Source of the DNA: Bacteroidales bacterium
Lineage (GTDB): Bacteria > Bacteroidota > Bacteroidia > Bacteroidales > UBA10428
Direction: 5' to 3'
DNA: 64,000 nt
Assembly: GCA_016935435.1 (NCBI GenBank)
Contig: JAFGQZ010000014.1
Coordinates: forward strand, 41,532 to 105,531
Position numbers and translations under genes: made by a program. The notes under the pieces are model-generated. The model saw only the letters and a list, made by a program, of their open reading frames with translations, had not been told where the DNA came from and made no database searches. Below, piece by piece: positions 46,523-56,300 of this stretch (position 1 is the first letter of the stretch; each line of letters starts with the position of its first letter).

Positions 46523-49500
46523 TTAGTTTACGGCATATTCAATGTCGTTTTTCTCAAGAAATTCTACCAGTTCGTTGGTAACATTAACCAGGGTGTTCCT
46601 CGAAAACATTTCAATGCCAAGCCCGTCGGAGCTGTCTGTAATCTGAAAGCTAAGGTTTGCCTTGCCTTTATTTTCTGTTGCCTGCTGGTGAATTTTTTCG
46701 ACAAGCTCATCCGTTAAATCCTGCAGGGGCAATTTCAGCGAAAGGCTTTTTACCATTTCTTCGCGTACATTGGCAAGCAGCGAAACCGATTTTATTTTAA
46801 ATTCCAGCTCGCGTACATCTTTTTTCCAGGGGTTTTCCTGCACTATACCTTTTATAAGCAACGAATACCCTTCGAACAGGTAGTTTCGGAAATCTTCGTA
46901 ATCTTTTCCAAAAAGCATAAACTTATACGAATCGGAGTAATCTTCGATTACCAATGTGCCATAAGGCCTGCCATTTTTAGCGGTCAGGTGCCGGACTTCA
47001 GTAACCAGCCCGGCAATGGTAACCTGTTTGTTGAACAGGTTGTTTAAATCGTGGAGGTCGGCAAGGGTTTGTTTTGCAAAATTCCTGATTTCAAGTTTAT
47101 AATTATCAAGTGGGTGCGACGACAAATAAATCCCAATCAGTTCTTTCTCGCGGTTTAACCTTTCAAGTGGCGGCCATTCTTCGCATGCCGGAATATCGGG
47201 GCGTTTTTGTGCACTTGCATAACTCGAATCGTTGCCAAAAAGGGTATTCGAAGGTTGCTGGTTTTTTACAAGGTTCCCGTATCGGACTATTAAATCGGTA
47301 AAACTTAACCCATCGTTATCGGCATGAAAAAACTGGTGGCGCTTGGGCGTTACGAAACTGTCGAAACATCCTGCCATTACCATATTTTCAATGGTTTTCT
47401 TGTTAATAATCGACAAGTTTACCCTTTCAACAAAATCGTAAACATCTGCAAAGGGGCCATTTTTGCTACGTTCGGCAATAAGGTGCTGCACAGCAGCTTC
47501 GCCTACCCCTTTAATGGCTGCCATGCCAAAACGGATATCGCCTTTCTGGTTTACCGTAAAGGTGGCAAAACTTTCATTCACATCGGGTACCAGCACGTTC
47601 AACCCCATGCGCCGCGACTCCTCCATAAGTTTTGTTACCTCTGTAATGTTCGACAGGTTGCGGCTGAGGGTTGCGGCCATAAATTCTGCCGGGTAATGGG
47701 CTTTTAAAAAGCCGGTTTGATAGGCTACATAAGCATAACATACCGAGTGCGACTTGTTAAATGCATAGCTGGCAAAAGCAACCCAGTCTTTCCATATTTT
47801 TTCAATAAGTTCTTGTGGCTCTTTGTTGCTTGCTTTGCATCCGTCAATAAATTCTTTGTTTTTAAGGCAGCCTTCGACAAAAAGCACTTTGAGCTCTTCC
47901 ATGAGCTTGAGCTTTTTCTTTCCCATAGCCTTACGCAGGGAGTCCGACTGGCCGCGTGTAAAACCTCCAAGCACCCGGGAAAGCAACATCACCTGTTCCT
48001 GAAATACGGTTATACCGTATGTTTCTTCAAGGTACTGTTTCATAAGCGGATGGTCGTATTCCACTATTTTGCGCCCATTCTTGCGATCGATAAAGTCGGG
48101 AATATATTCCATAGGCCCCGGACGGTAAAGTGCGTTCATAGCCACCAGGTCTTCGAACCGGTTAGGCTTTAACGATTTAAGGTGTTTTTTCATGCCGGGC
48201 GATTCGAACTGAAAAATAGCAGTAGTATCGCCCCGGCTGAAAAGTTCAAATGTTACCGGATCGTCGAAGGGTATTTTATCGATATTGATTTCTATGCCTT
48301 TAGAAAGTTTGATGTTTGCCAGGGCTTCCTTAATTATCGAAAGGGTTTTCAAGCCAAGGAAGTCCATTTTAAGCAGACCGATCGATTCAACAAACCTGCC
48401 ATCGTATTGTGTTGTAAGCAATGCCTCGTCTTTAGTGGGCATCAGTGGAATATTGTCGTCGAGCGAAGTTTTCCCGATTAGTATTCCACAGGCATGCACC
48501 CCTGTTTGCCTTACCGATCCTTCGAGGGTACAGGCAAACTTTAAGGTGTCGAGTTCGGTTTGGTTGCCCATTGAGCGGGCATTTGCAATTTCACCGGCAA
48601 TATAGAGCTGAACATCGTATTTAATTTCATCTTTCTCGTTGCCTTCTTTTTGTGCTTTTATTTTCGACTGCCTGATTTTTTCAACCGCTTTTTCGAGGTT
48701 TCCGAGTTCGTTTTCGAGTTTGATGATATTCTGGTATGCTGATGCCAGCTTGCCGTTATCTGGAAATTCTTTGGTAATGCGGTTGGCTTCGTCAAGGGGG
48801 AGCTTAAGAACCCGGGCAACGTCTTTAATGGCCATTTTTGCGGCCATGGTACCAAAGGTACAAATATGGGCAACCCGCTCGTGCCCGTATTTCTCTGTTA
48901 CCCAGTCGAGCACCAGCTGACGGCCGTCGTCGTCAAAGTCGATATCGATATCGGGCATCGATATACGGTCGGGGTTCAGGAAACGTTCGAAGAGCAAATC
49001 GTGCTTTATAGGGTCGATATTGGTAATGCCCAGGCAGAACGATACTGCTGCCCCGGCTGCTGAGCCACGCCCAGGGCCTACCAGCACACCCATATCGCGT
49101 GCTGCGGCTATAAAATCCTGTACAATCAGAAAATATCCCGGAAACCCCATTTGCCTTATCGTATCGAGCTCAAAATCGATACGTTCCTTTACAGTCCCAT
49201 TAAATTCGTTGCCATACCTTTTTTCTGCACCAATGTATGTCAGGTGTACAAGGTAATCCGACTCCAGTTTGACTCGCAATACCGTATCATAACCGCCAAG
49301 TTGCTTATAGCTGGCAAATTCTTTCTCCAGATCGGCTTCGCAATATCTTTCGCGGTACTTTTCAATGGTTGCAAAATCGGCCGGTATGGGGAATTCCGGC
49401 ATAATGGGGTTCGAGTCTAGCTCGTACAATGCCACTTTTGAGGCAATATCCATTGTATTTTGCAGCACAGTTAATTCGTCAGCCCATAGGGCATACATTT

Positions 49501-51013
49501 CATCGGTGGTTTTAAACCATTCGTGCCCTGTATAACGCATCCGGTTTGGGTCGTCGATATCTTTACCGGTGTTGAGGCATATTAACAAGTCGTGTGCTGC
49601 TGCATCTTCCTGGTTTATATAATGTACATCGTTGGTTGCAATTACCTTAATGTTGTGTTTTGCCCCTAGTTTGAGCAATTCCGCATTTACAAAAACCTGG
49701 TTATCGTACACCTCTCGCCTGAGTTGTGGGTTATCGGAAGGGTGACGTGAAACTTCGAGATAAAAATCGTCATTAAAAACCGATTTATACCAAAGGATAG
49801 CCTTTTCAGCTGCGTCGATGCCCTCATTCATTAATTTACGGGGCACTTCGCCGCCAAGACAGGCTGTCGAAACAATAAGCCCTTCGCTGTATTTTTCCAG
49901 TGCAGGTTTATCGATACGGGGTTTATAGTACATGCCCTTAATATTTGCCAGCGATACCAGTTTGAGCATGTTGCGGTATCCGGTTTCGTTTTTGGCCAGC
50001 AGTATAATATGGTAGTTCGCTTTGTCTTTTTGCGTTAAATCGTCAACCAGGTAGGCCTCGCAACCAAGTATTGGCTTTATTCCCTGTTTTTTACATTCTT
50101 CGTGGAATTCCTTCACGCCATACATATTACCATGGTCGGTAAGGGCTATGGCTTCCATGCCATCTTGTTTGGCTTTGGCCACCAGTGCCGATATCGAAGC
50201 TGCTCCGTCGAGTATGGAATATTGGGAGTGAACGTGGAGGTGGGTAAATTTTTTCTCGTCAGGGTTTATTTCTGCCCGAGGCTGTTCGAAAGCTGGCTCT
50301 TCTTTCCGGGCTATTGTTTCGGTTATTTGTGCTGGTTTAAAATTCGATACAATTTCAATATTTGCTGGTTCTATTAAAGAGGGGTTTGCTTCACGAAAGG
50401 CTGATAGAAAACCTGCGGGAAGCTTCAATTTTTGCGAACTTATAACCCCAAGCCTGACCAGTTCCAGAAAGCACCGGCTGGTGGCCATAACATCGGCCGA
50501 GGCATTGTGGGCCTCGTCGAAACTTTTGCCAAAAAGTTTATTGTGAAGTTCCGAAAGGTTAGGCCATTTGTATTTGCCGCCTTTCCCGCCGGGCAGCTGG
50601 CAAAATTCGGTGCTTTCGTCTTTCGTGTCAACAATTTCCTTTTCCTGAATGGTTGTTTCAACTCCTTTCCGCAAAAACTCGCAGCCAATAATGTTGATAT
50701 CGAATTCAATATTATGCCCGATAACATACGATGCCCCTTCCAGGGCTTTGTTAAACTCTTTAAGTACCCATGACAGTTCGTACCCTTCTTCCAGGGCACG
50801 CTGGGTCGATATACCGTGCACTTTTTCGGCCTGAAAGGGTATTTCGTACCCTTCGGGTTTTACGATATAGCTTTTAGCATCGATAAATTCGCCATGGAGG
50901 CCATGAATCTGCCAGGCGACCTGCACCATTCTGGGCCAGTTGTCGAAATCACTCAGAGGGGCCTTGTAATTCTTTGGCAAACCTGTAGTTTCGGTATCGA
51001 AAATTAAAAACAT
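46523..51013 (-). CDS. dnaE: DNA polymerase III alpha subunit (DnaE type) with a fused N-terminal DEDDh 3'-5' exonuclease domain
   Basis: PHP domain FTHLHVHSQYSILDGA..LTDHGNMYG, followed by palm, fingers and OB regions over about 1240 aa. Preceded by an ~190-aa exonuclease domain in the same ORF. Total 1496 aa. Confidence 0.9.
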   Translation of the reverse strand: MFLIFDTETTGLPKNYKAPLSDFDNWPRMVQVAWQIHGLHGEFIDAKSYIVKPEGYEIPFQAEKVHGISTQRALEEGYELSWVLKEFNKALEGASYVIGHNIEFDINIIGCEFLRKGVETTIQEKEIVDTKDESTEFCQLPGGKGGKYKWPNLSELHNKLFGKSFDEAHNASADVMATSRCFLELVRLGVISSQKLKLPAGFLSAFREANPSLIEPANIEIVSNFKPAQITETIARKEEPAFEQPRAEINPDEKKFTHLHVHSQYSILDGAASISALVAKAKQDGMEAIALTDHGNMYGVKEFHEECKKQGIKPILGCEAYLVDDLTQKDKANYHIILLAKNETGYRNMLKLVSLANIKGMYYKPRIDKPALEKYSEGLIVSTACLGGEVPRKLMNEGIDAAEKAILWYKSVFNDDFYLEVSRHPSDNPQLRREVYDNQVFVNAELLKLGAKHNIKVIATNDVHYINQEDAAAHDLLICLNTGKDIDDPNRMRYTGHEWFKTTDEMYALWADELTVLQNTMDIASKVALYELDSNPIMPEFPIPADFATIEKYRERYCEADLEKEFASYKQLGGYDTVLRVKLESDYLVHLTYIGAEKRYGNEFNGTVKERIDFELDTIRQMGFPGYFLIVQDFIAAARDMGVLVGPGRGSAAGAAVSFCLGITNIDPIKHDLLFERFLNPDRISMPDIDIDFDDDGRQLVLDWVTEKYGHERVAHICTFGTMAAKMAIKDVARVLKLPLDEANRITKEFPDNGKLASAYQNIIKLENELGNLEKAVEKIRQSKIKAQKEGNEKDEIKYDVQLYIAGEIANARSMGNQTELDTLKFACTLEGSVRQTGVHACGILIGKTSLDDNIPLMPTKDEALLTTQYDGRFVESIGLLKMDFLGLKTLSIIKEALANIKLSKGIEINIDKIPFDDPVTFELFSRGDTTAIFQFESPGMKKHLKSLKPNRFEDLVAMNALYRPGPMEYIPDFIDRKNGRKIVEYDHPLMKQYLEETYGITVFQEQVMLLSRVLGGFTRGQSDSLRKAMGKKKLKLMEELKVLFVEGCLKNKEFIDGCKASNKEPQELIEKIWKDWVAFASYAFNKSHSVCYAYVAYQTGFLKAHYPAEFMAATLSRNLSNITEVTKLMEESRRMGLNVLVPDVNESFATFTVNQKGDIRFGMAAIKGVGEAAVQHLIAERSKNGPFADVYDFVERVNLSIINKKTIENMVMAGCFDSFVTPKRHQFFHADNDGLSFTDLIVRYGNLVKNQQPSNTLFGNDSSYASAQKRPDIPACEEWPPLERLNREKELIGIYLSSHPLDNYKLEIRNFAKQTLADLHDLNNLFNKQVTIAGLVTEVRHLTAKNGRPYGTLVIEDYSDSYKFMLFGKDYEDFRNYLFEGYSLLIKGIVQENPWKKDVRELEFKIKSVSLLANVREEMVKSLSLKLPLQDLTDELVEKIHQQATENKGKANLSFQITDSSDGLGIEMFSRNTLVNVTNELVEFLEKNDIEYAVN
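50440..51013 (-). other. DnaQ/epsilon-like DEDDh exonuclease domain of the DnaE polypeptide
   Basis: Exo I FLIFDTETTGL, Exo II VIGHNIEFDINII, Exo III HNASADVMAT (H-x4-D). Confidence 0.8.
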
Positions 51014-51110
51014 TACCGGTGGGTTTATTTGTTCACGAATTAAACGCTAAAAATACGACACTCCGGGGTTAAAATTCCCTGATGTTGATAAAAGGTTAAT
51101 AAAAGACGCC

Positions 51111-51143
51111 AACAAAAAAGGGAAGCCAAATTGGTTTCCCTTT
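51111..51143 (-). terminator. rho-independent terminator after the thioredoxin-like lipoprotein gene
   Basis: On the minus strand: aaagggaaacc aattt ggcttcccttt (one G-U pair), followed by tttgttgg. Confidence 0.6.
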
Positions 51144-51176
51144 CATAATATTGGTAGTTGCAGGCAAAAAACCTGA

Positions 51177-51671
51177 TTATTGTTTTTTCAGCAGAATTTC
51201 TTCAATTTGCTGCCTGAACAATTCTTTGGTTTGCTCGGGGGTTTGTGCAATACCAGCCGACATCGTAGGGTTACCATTCATGGGCATGAACAGGAACGTG
51301 GGGATACTTTGCACCCCAAATACCGCAGCCAGTTCCCTTTCTACGTCAACATTAACCTTGTATATTTTTATTTGCCCTGCATATTCCTGTGCAAGTTCAT
51401 CTAAAATAGGCGATGTTATTTTGCATGGCCGGCACCAGTCGGCATAGAAGTCAACCAATCCGGGCATGTCACCTTTATATACCCATTGTGTTGTATTAGT
51501 TTGGTAATCCATAATTTCATCGATAAACATTTGTTTTGTCAGGTAAACCGGTTTATCTATAGCGTCCTTGAGTTCAGCTTTTGCAGGTGGGGTAGTGTTG
51601 TTACCATCGCTGCTGTTGCAGGCCATTGTGCCCAATATGGCAATTGACAGTACAAAAAAAACTTTTTTCAT
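51177..51671 (-). CDS. thioredoxin-fold lipoprotein (periplasmic thiol:disulfide oxidoreductase-like)
   Basis: ATG at 51671 (MKKVFFVLSIAILGTMAC lipobox) and a DFYADWCRPCK active site. Confidence 0.75.
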   Translation of the reverse strand: MKKVFFVLSIAILGTMACNSSDGNNTTPPAKAELKDAIDKPVYLTKQMFIDEIMDYQTNTTQWVYKGDMPGLVDFYADWCRPCKITSPILDELAQEYAGQIKIYKVNVDVERELAAVFGVQSIPTFLFMPMNGNPTMSAGIAQTPEQTKELFRQQIEEILLKKQ

Positions 51672-51906
51672 TTTATTCGGTTTTATGTTATTTGCTTGCA
51701 ATAAATTAATTTCGACATGTAAAAATACAACAATATAAATATATACATATAACGTGCCATATTATTTTTTGTTTCAAAACAGACATATTGACAGTTTTTT
51801 CATTATGTATAATCGAAAACCCGGTAAAAAGTTCAATAGGGAACAAGAAATTTTTTGGCATGAAGAATTAAACCGAAGGTCTATATCATTATTAAAGATA
51901 AAATTG

Positions 51907-51914
51907 TATATTTG
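51907..51914 (+). promoter_or_regulatory. candidate -7 box TATATTTG for rpsP-rimM
   Basis: Exact TAnnTTTG match, 47 nt upstream of the ATG at 51961. Confidence 0.45.
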
Positions 51915-51960
51915 CAGCCCCTATAAAAGTAGGTTGAATTATTAATTAAAAAAAGGTTTT

Positions 51961-52524
51961 ATGCCCGTAAAAATTCGTTTAGCACGTCACGGCCGCAAAG
52001 CACGGCCAATCTACCACATAGTGGTAGCAGATAGCAGGGCGCCACGCGATGGTAAATACATTGAGAAATTGGGTTTGTATAACCCGAACACCAATCCTGC
52101 TACAATCGATCTGGAATTTGATAAAGCTCTGGATTGGTTGTTAAAGGGCGCCCAACCTACCGATACCTGTAGGTCGTTGTTATCGAAAAGAGGAGTACTT
52201 ATGAAAAAACACCTGCTCGAAGGTGTTAAAAAAGGTGCGTTCTCGCAGGAAGAAGGCGAGAAACGTTTCGAAACATGGCTGAAGGATAAGGAATCAAAAC
52301 TTCAGAGTGAGGTAGATAAACTGGCAAAAGATAAACAAGCCGGTTTGAAAGCAACCCTGGATCGTGAAGCAAAAGTCAACCAGGAGCGTGCTGCCGAACT
52401 TGCAAAGAAAAAAGCTGAGGCCGAAAAGCCCGAAGCAGTATCGGAACCAGTTGCTGATGAAGCAGCCGAAGAAGAAGTACAGGGTACTGCTGAAGTAGTC
52501 GAAGCAGAAAGCAAAGAAGAATAA
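51961..52524 (+). CDS. rpsP: 30S ribosomal protein S16 with a long K/E/A-rich C-terminal extension
   Basis: [42 protein letters not shown], plus an ~100-aa charged tail. Confidence 0.95.
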   Translation: MPVKIRLARHGRKARPIYHIVVADSRAPRDGKYIEKLGLYNPNTNPATIDLEFDKALDWLLKGAQPTDTCRSLLSKRGVLMKKHLLEGVKKGAFSQEEGEKRFETWLKDKESKLQSEVDKLAKDKQAGLKATLDREAKVNQERAAELAKKKAEAEKPEAVSEPVADEAAEEEVQGTAEVVEAESKEE

Positions 52525-52534
52525 AACTTATAAT

Positions 52535-53068
52535 ATGCCCGGGATCGACCTGAACGATTGTATCGAATTGGGTGTGCTGGGCAAGCCACATGGCATTAGA
52601 GGGCATATTGTCCTTAAACTTAATAAGTTTAGCTTCGACGATATTCAGGAAATGGAACTGGCATTCATTATAATTGATGGTTTGCCGGTTCCTTTTTTTA
52701 TTGAAGAATTCCAGGAAAAAACAACAGATACCCTTCTGATTCTTTTTGATACTGTTAATTCAGAAACACTTGCACGAAAATTATCGGAATGCCGGGTGTA
52801 TATTGAAAAAAAATACCTGGAAGAAAACAGCCTGACAGATAAGGATTTTGACAGCCTTCCGGGCTATACTGTTATCGATCGCCAAAAAGGAAACATTGGT
52901 TTGTTCGATTCTGTTGTTGATTTCGATTCGAATGTAGTTATAAGGGTTCTCCGGGGCAACACCGAAATATTTATTCCCCTTCAGGCCGGGTTTATTACCG
53001 ATATTAACCACCAGCTCAAAGAAATACAGGTGGACTGTCCTGATGGCCTCCTCGATTTATATTACTAA
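52535..53068 (+). CDS. rimM: ribosome maturation factor RimM
   Basis: LGVLGKPHGIRGHIVLK motif, position directly after rpsP, 177 aa. Confidence 0.85.
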   Translation: MPGIDLNDCIELGVLGKPHGIRGHIVLKLNKFSFDDIQEMELAFIIIDGLPVPFFIEEFQEKTTDTLLILFDTVNSETLARKLSECRVYIEKKYLEENSLTDKDFDSLPGYTVIDRQKGNIGLFDSVVDFDSNVVIRVLRGNTEIFIPLQAGFITDINHQLKEIQVDCPDGLLDLYY

Positions 53069-53093
53069 AACCTCATTTTATTGCACTCTTTAT

Positions 53094-53120
53094 AAATATT
53101 TCTATTCAACAGAAATATTT
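53094..53120. repeat. perfect 10-bp inverted repeat after rimM
   Basis: aaatatttct (53094-53103) / agaaatattt (53111-53120) with a 7-nt loop. An AT-only stem with no T-tract, so either a weak terminator or a protein-binding site. Confidence 0.4.
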
Positions 53121-53206
53121 CCTGCTATATCTACTTCATTAAAAGCTCCAGATTTTGTAAATTGAATATATGTTCTGGCCTATTCATTTACATTATATCG
53201 ATTATT

Positions 53207-53269
53207 TTACACGAAACATATAAAAAGTTTGACGAAACAATAAAATATGTTGACGAAAGCAACCAAATA
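53207..53269 (+). repeat. three tandem imperfect 21-bp direct repeats with an ACGAAA core
   Basis: Units are ttacACGAAAcatataaaaag, tttgACGAAAcaataaaatat and gttgACGAAAgcaaccaaata. The cores at 53211, 53232 and 53253 are spaced exactly 21 bp apart. The array lies 66-128 nt upstream of the -7 box at 53335. Confidence 0.55.
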
Positions 53270-53334
53270 TTTTTTTTATCGTATATGCATCCAAACTACT
53301 AACACAACTTTTGAGACATAAACCACCTCAAAGG

Positions 53335-53342
53335 TATTTTTG
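53335..53342 (+). promoter_or_regulatory. candidate -7 box TATTTTTG for the giant cargo gene
   Basis: Exact TAnnTTTG match, 53 nt upstream of the ATG at 53395. Confidence 0.4.
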
Positions 53343-53394
53343 GGCAAACTTCAGGACAGCCGTTTAAGGTTGTTCTGTCATAAATGGTCTGGTA

Positions 53395-56300
53395 ATGAAA
53401 ACCACAAAACTACTGACTATTTTTAATCTGCTGCTTTTGTTCGTGCAGATAGAGGTTTCGGGCCAATGCGAACTGATTACCGTTAATGGAAGCAACCAGG
53501 CGCCCAGTTCGGTTTGTGCGCCGGTTAATTTCACTATGGACGCCAATTACCAGTTTATGATTCCGGTTGATACCTCATTGGTACAGATTCTTTTTGTCTG
53601 GAACGATGGCACAGGTGCGGAAACATTGGTACCGGGAATATGGAATGCTGCCCACGATTCGGTGTGGGGTTTTGCTTCTCACCTTTACCTTCCTACAGAT
53701 GAATGTTCGCGAACTGCCGAAGCAATTTTGGTATATAACGGGGTAGAGTGTACCAGTAGCGGATACCAGGCACAGATTTTTAGCACATGGGGAACAGATG
53801 AAGAAAACAGCGGTGTTTTAAATACCGATCCGGTTGTGCATTATGTGTGCGAAGGCGATGATATAGTTGATGTGGTCTTCGATGACAATTCAACCTTTAA
53901 TTGCAATATTTCCATAGAGCCCGACAGGCCTAACCGATATTACCGGTGGGTACAGTTTGTTTATAACACCTATGAACAGGGAGGCGACCGTATCCCTGAT
54001 GTTACAATACGGGACACCGGTGGTGTTGTGCACAATATGACCGATGGCCTCGGCCTGTTTCTTGATGATTTTTTTGGCCCTGTTGTCAGGATTCCTATAC
54101 CGGCCGATGGGCCGAACCAGTCGTCGCTTCCGATTAGTGCCCCGGCAGGTGGCGTTGCAGGCGATATTTTTGAAATTACCCTTAGAAACTGGAATGTTTG
54201 TAACCCATACGACAATAATCCCTCCGACGGAATTGATCCAATTGATCCGATAAATGGCGATAACCCTCCGATTCTTACAACCGCACGTATCGAAATTGTT
54301 GCACCCCCTCCTGTAGTGGTATCCGACACTTTTGAATTTTGCACCGGCGACAATATTCTTTTAAATGCTTCTGCCGGAGCAGGCACAGTAAGGTGGTACA
54401 AAGACCCGGCAATGGATACATTTCTTTTCGAGGGCAATACGTATAATCCTGCAATGCCGCCAATGTCGGTAAATACAAATTTGGCCGGGGTTTATACATT
54501 TTATGTAACCAGTTACGAAGGTTTTTGCGAAAGCGCCCCAAACCAGGTAACTTTAGTCCTTCATCAATCACCACAGGCAGCAGATGCAGGCCCCGATATT
54601 ATTATCTGTAACGATTCTGTTTTGCTTAACGGCAATGTACCTACAGCAGGAACCGGATTGTGGTCAACTTCGGGCACCGCCATAATCTCTAACCCAGCAA
54701 ACCCACAAACTAGCGCCGTAAACCTGTCGTTTGGCCCGAATACTTTTACATGGACAATTACAAACGGCCCCTGTACAACTTCCGACAATGTTATTGTCAT
54801 TAGCGATCGCCAGCCCGGACCGGCAAATGCCGGTAACGATACACAGTTATGCGATATTGCTTCAACAAATTTGTCTGCTGCTGTGCCAGACCTTAATGGC
54901 ACTGGTTATTGGGATATTATCTCCGGGCAGGGTTCCATATCTGATAGTACAAACCCTTCAGCTGTTTATTCTTCTCCGGGGCATGGGCAAAATATGCTGT
55001 TATGGCGGGTTTCGAGCCAGTTTGGTGTTTGCCCGGTTACTACCGACACCTTAATAGTTACTGCCGATTTTAGTGCAGGCATAGCTAATGCCGGAATTAA
55101 TACGGTGTTATGCGAGCAATCATCTCATAGCCTGAGTGGAAACCCACCGCAGAACTCTGGAACCGGCCTTTGGCAGGTGATTACCGGTTCGGGAACAATC
55201 AACCTGCCAGCAAATAGCAATGCCAATATCTCAAGCCTTTCGTATGGCGAAAATATTGTAAGCTGGACATTAAGCAGCCTGCTTGGAATTTGCCCGTCGA
55301 ATTCCGATACGGTATTAATTGAGCGTTACCAGTCGCCTGGGCTGGCCGATGCGGGCTTCGATAAAGCTTACTGTTTACAAACTCAGGATACTCTGGCTGC
55401 AAATGCACCGCTTATCGGAAGCGGTAGCTGGAGCGTTATTGAAAATCCGTCGGGCGTGCCACCGGTATTTTCACCAAATAGCTCGGTGCCGGGGGCAATA
55501 TTTTCTGTTTCACCTGGTAACGAAGGCCGATATGAGTTAGTATGGAATATGGTAAACGGCCCATGCTACAGCCGCGATACAGTTGTCATCGACTTTGGTG
55601 TGCCGGTGCCACCTGCCATTGCCGGTCCCGATACAATAACCTGCGGATATTCATACCAGATGCAAGGCAATTCTATCAGCCGGGGGCTGGGCACCTGGTT
55701 GCTTATAGATGGCCCTGGCACTGTAAACTATCAGCCTGATAAAAACACTTCAAATGCAATAGTAAATTTCCAGGCAGGCACCGAGGGTCCATTCCAATTC
55801 GAGTGGAAACTTACCAGTGGAAGCTGTCCCCCAACGGCCGACAGCCTTACGGTTACCATAAAAAAGGCCCCGATGCCGCCAATAGTCCCTAAACTGCAAT
55901 CGTGTGGCCCCGATTCCTTTACCATACTGTTAGCAGCATCAGATCCGCACTATGAAGCATTCTGGTACGATACCCTTACTGGCGGTTCGCCTATTTATCG
56001 GGGTTTTGAATTCAATACGGGTGAAGTAAGCACAACCAGTAGTTTGTATGTGAGTTTTTTCGATAACCTGACAGCCTGCGAAAGCAGCCGTTCGGAATTA
56101 GGAATTGTTATTGATCAGGTTCCGGCCCTTCCCGTGCTTACTAGTGATACGTTGTGCGGAAGCGGGCAGGCAGTTTTATATGCAATTGCCCTTCCACCCG
56201 CCAACAGGGTTATATGGTATCGTTCCGATACTGCTGCCCAGGCTGTCGATACTGGTTTTGTTCTTTTGACCGATAATATTGTATCGGACACCCAGATATT

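Noticed and set aside
47110-51007. Many 60-167 aa ORFs antisense to, or out of frame with, dnaE
   Set aside because: All are nested in the continuous 1496-aa DnaE reading frame. They show no motifs, and none has a TAnnTTTG box or terminator of its own.
51754-51945. 63-aa ORF in the rpsP upstream region
   Set aside because: It overlaps the predicted rpsP -7 box and is an AT-rich region with implausible composition (MPYYFLFQNRHIDSFFIMYNRK...). It is most likely promoter or leader DNA.
52240-52606. K/E/A-rich low-complexity tail of S16 and the long antisense ORFs across it (52302-52589, 52376-52606)
   Set aside because: Extended charged C-terminal tails on S16 are, to my knowledge, common in Bacteroidota. 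The antisense ORFs are compositional artefacts of the GAA/GCA/AAA-rich sequence.
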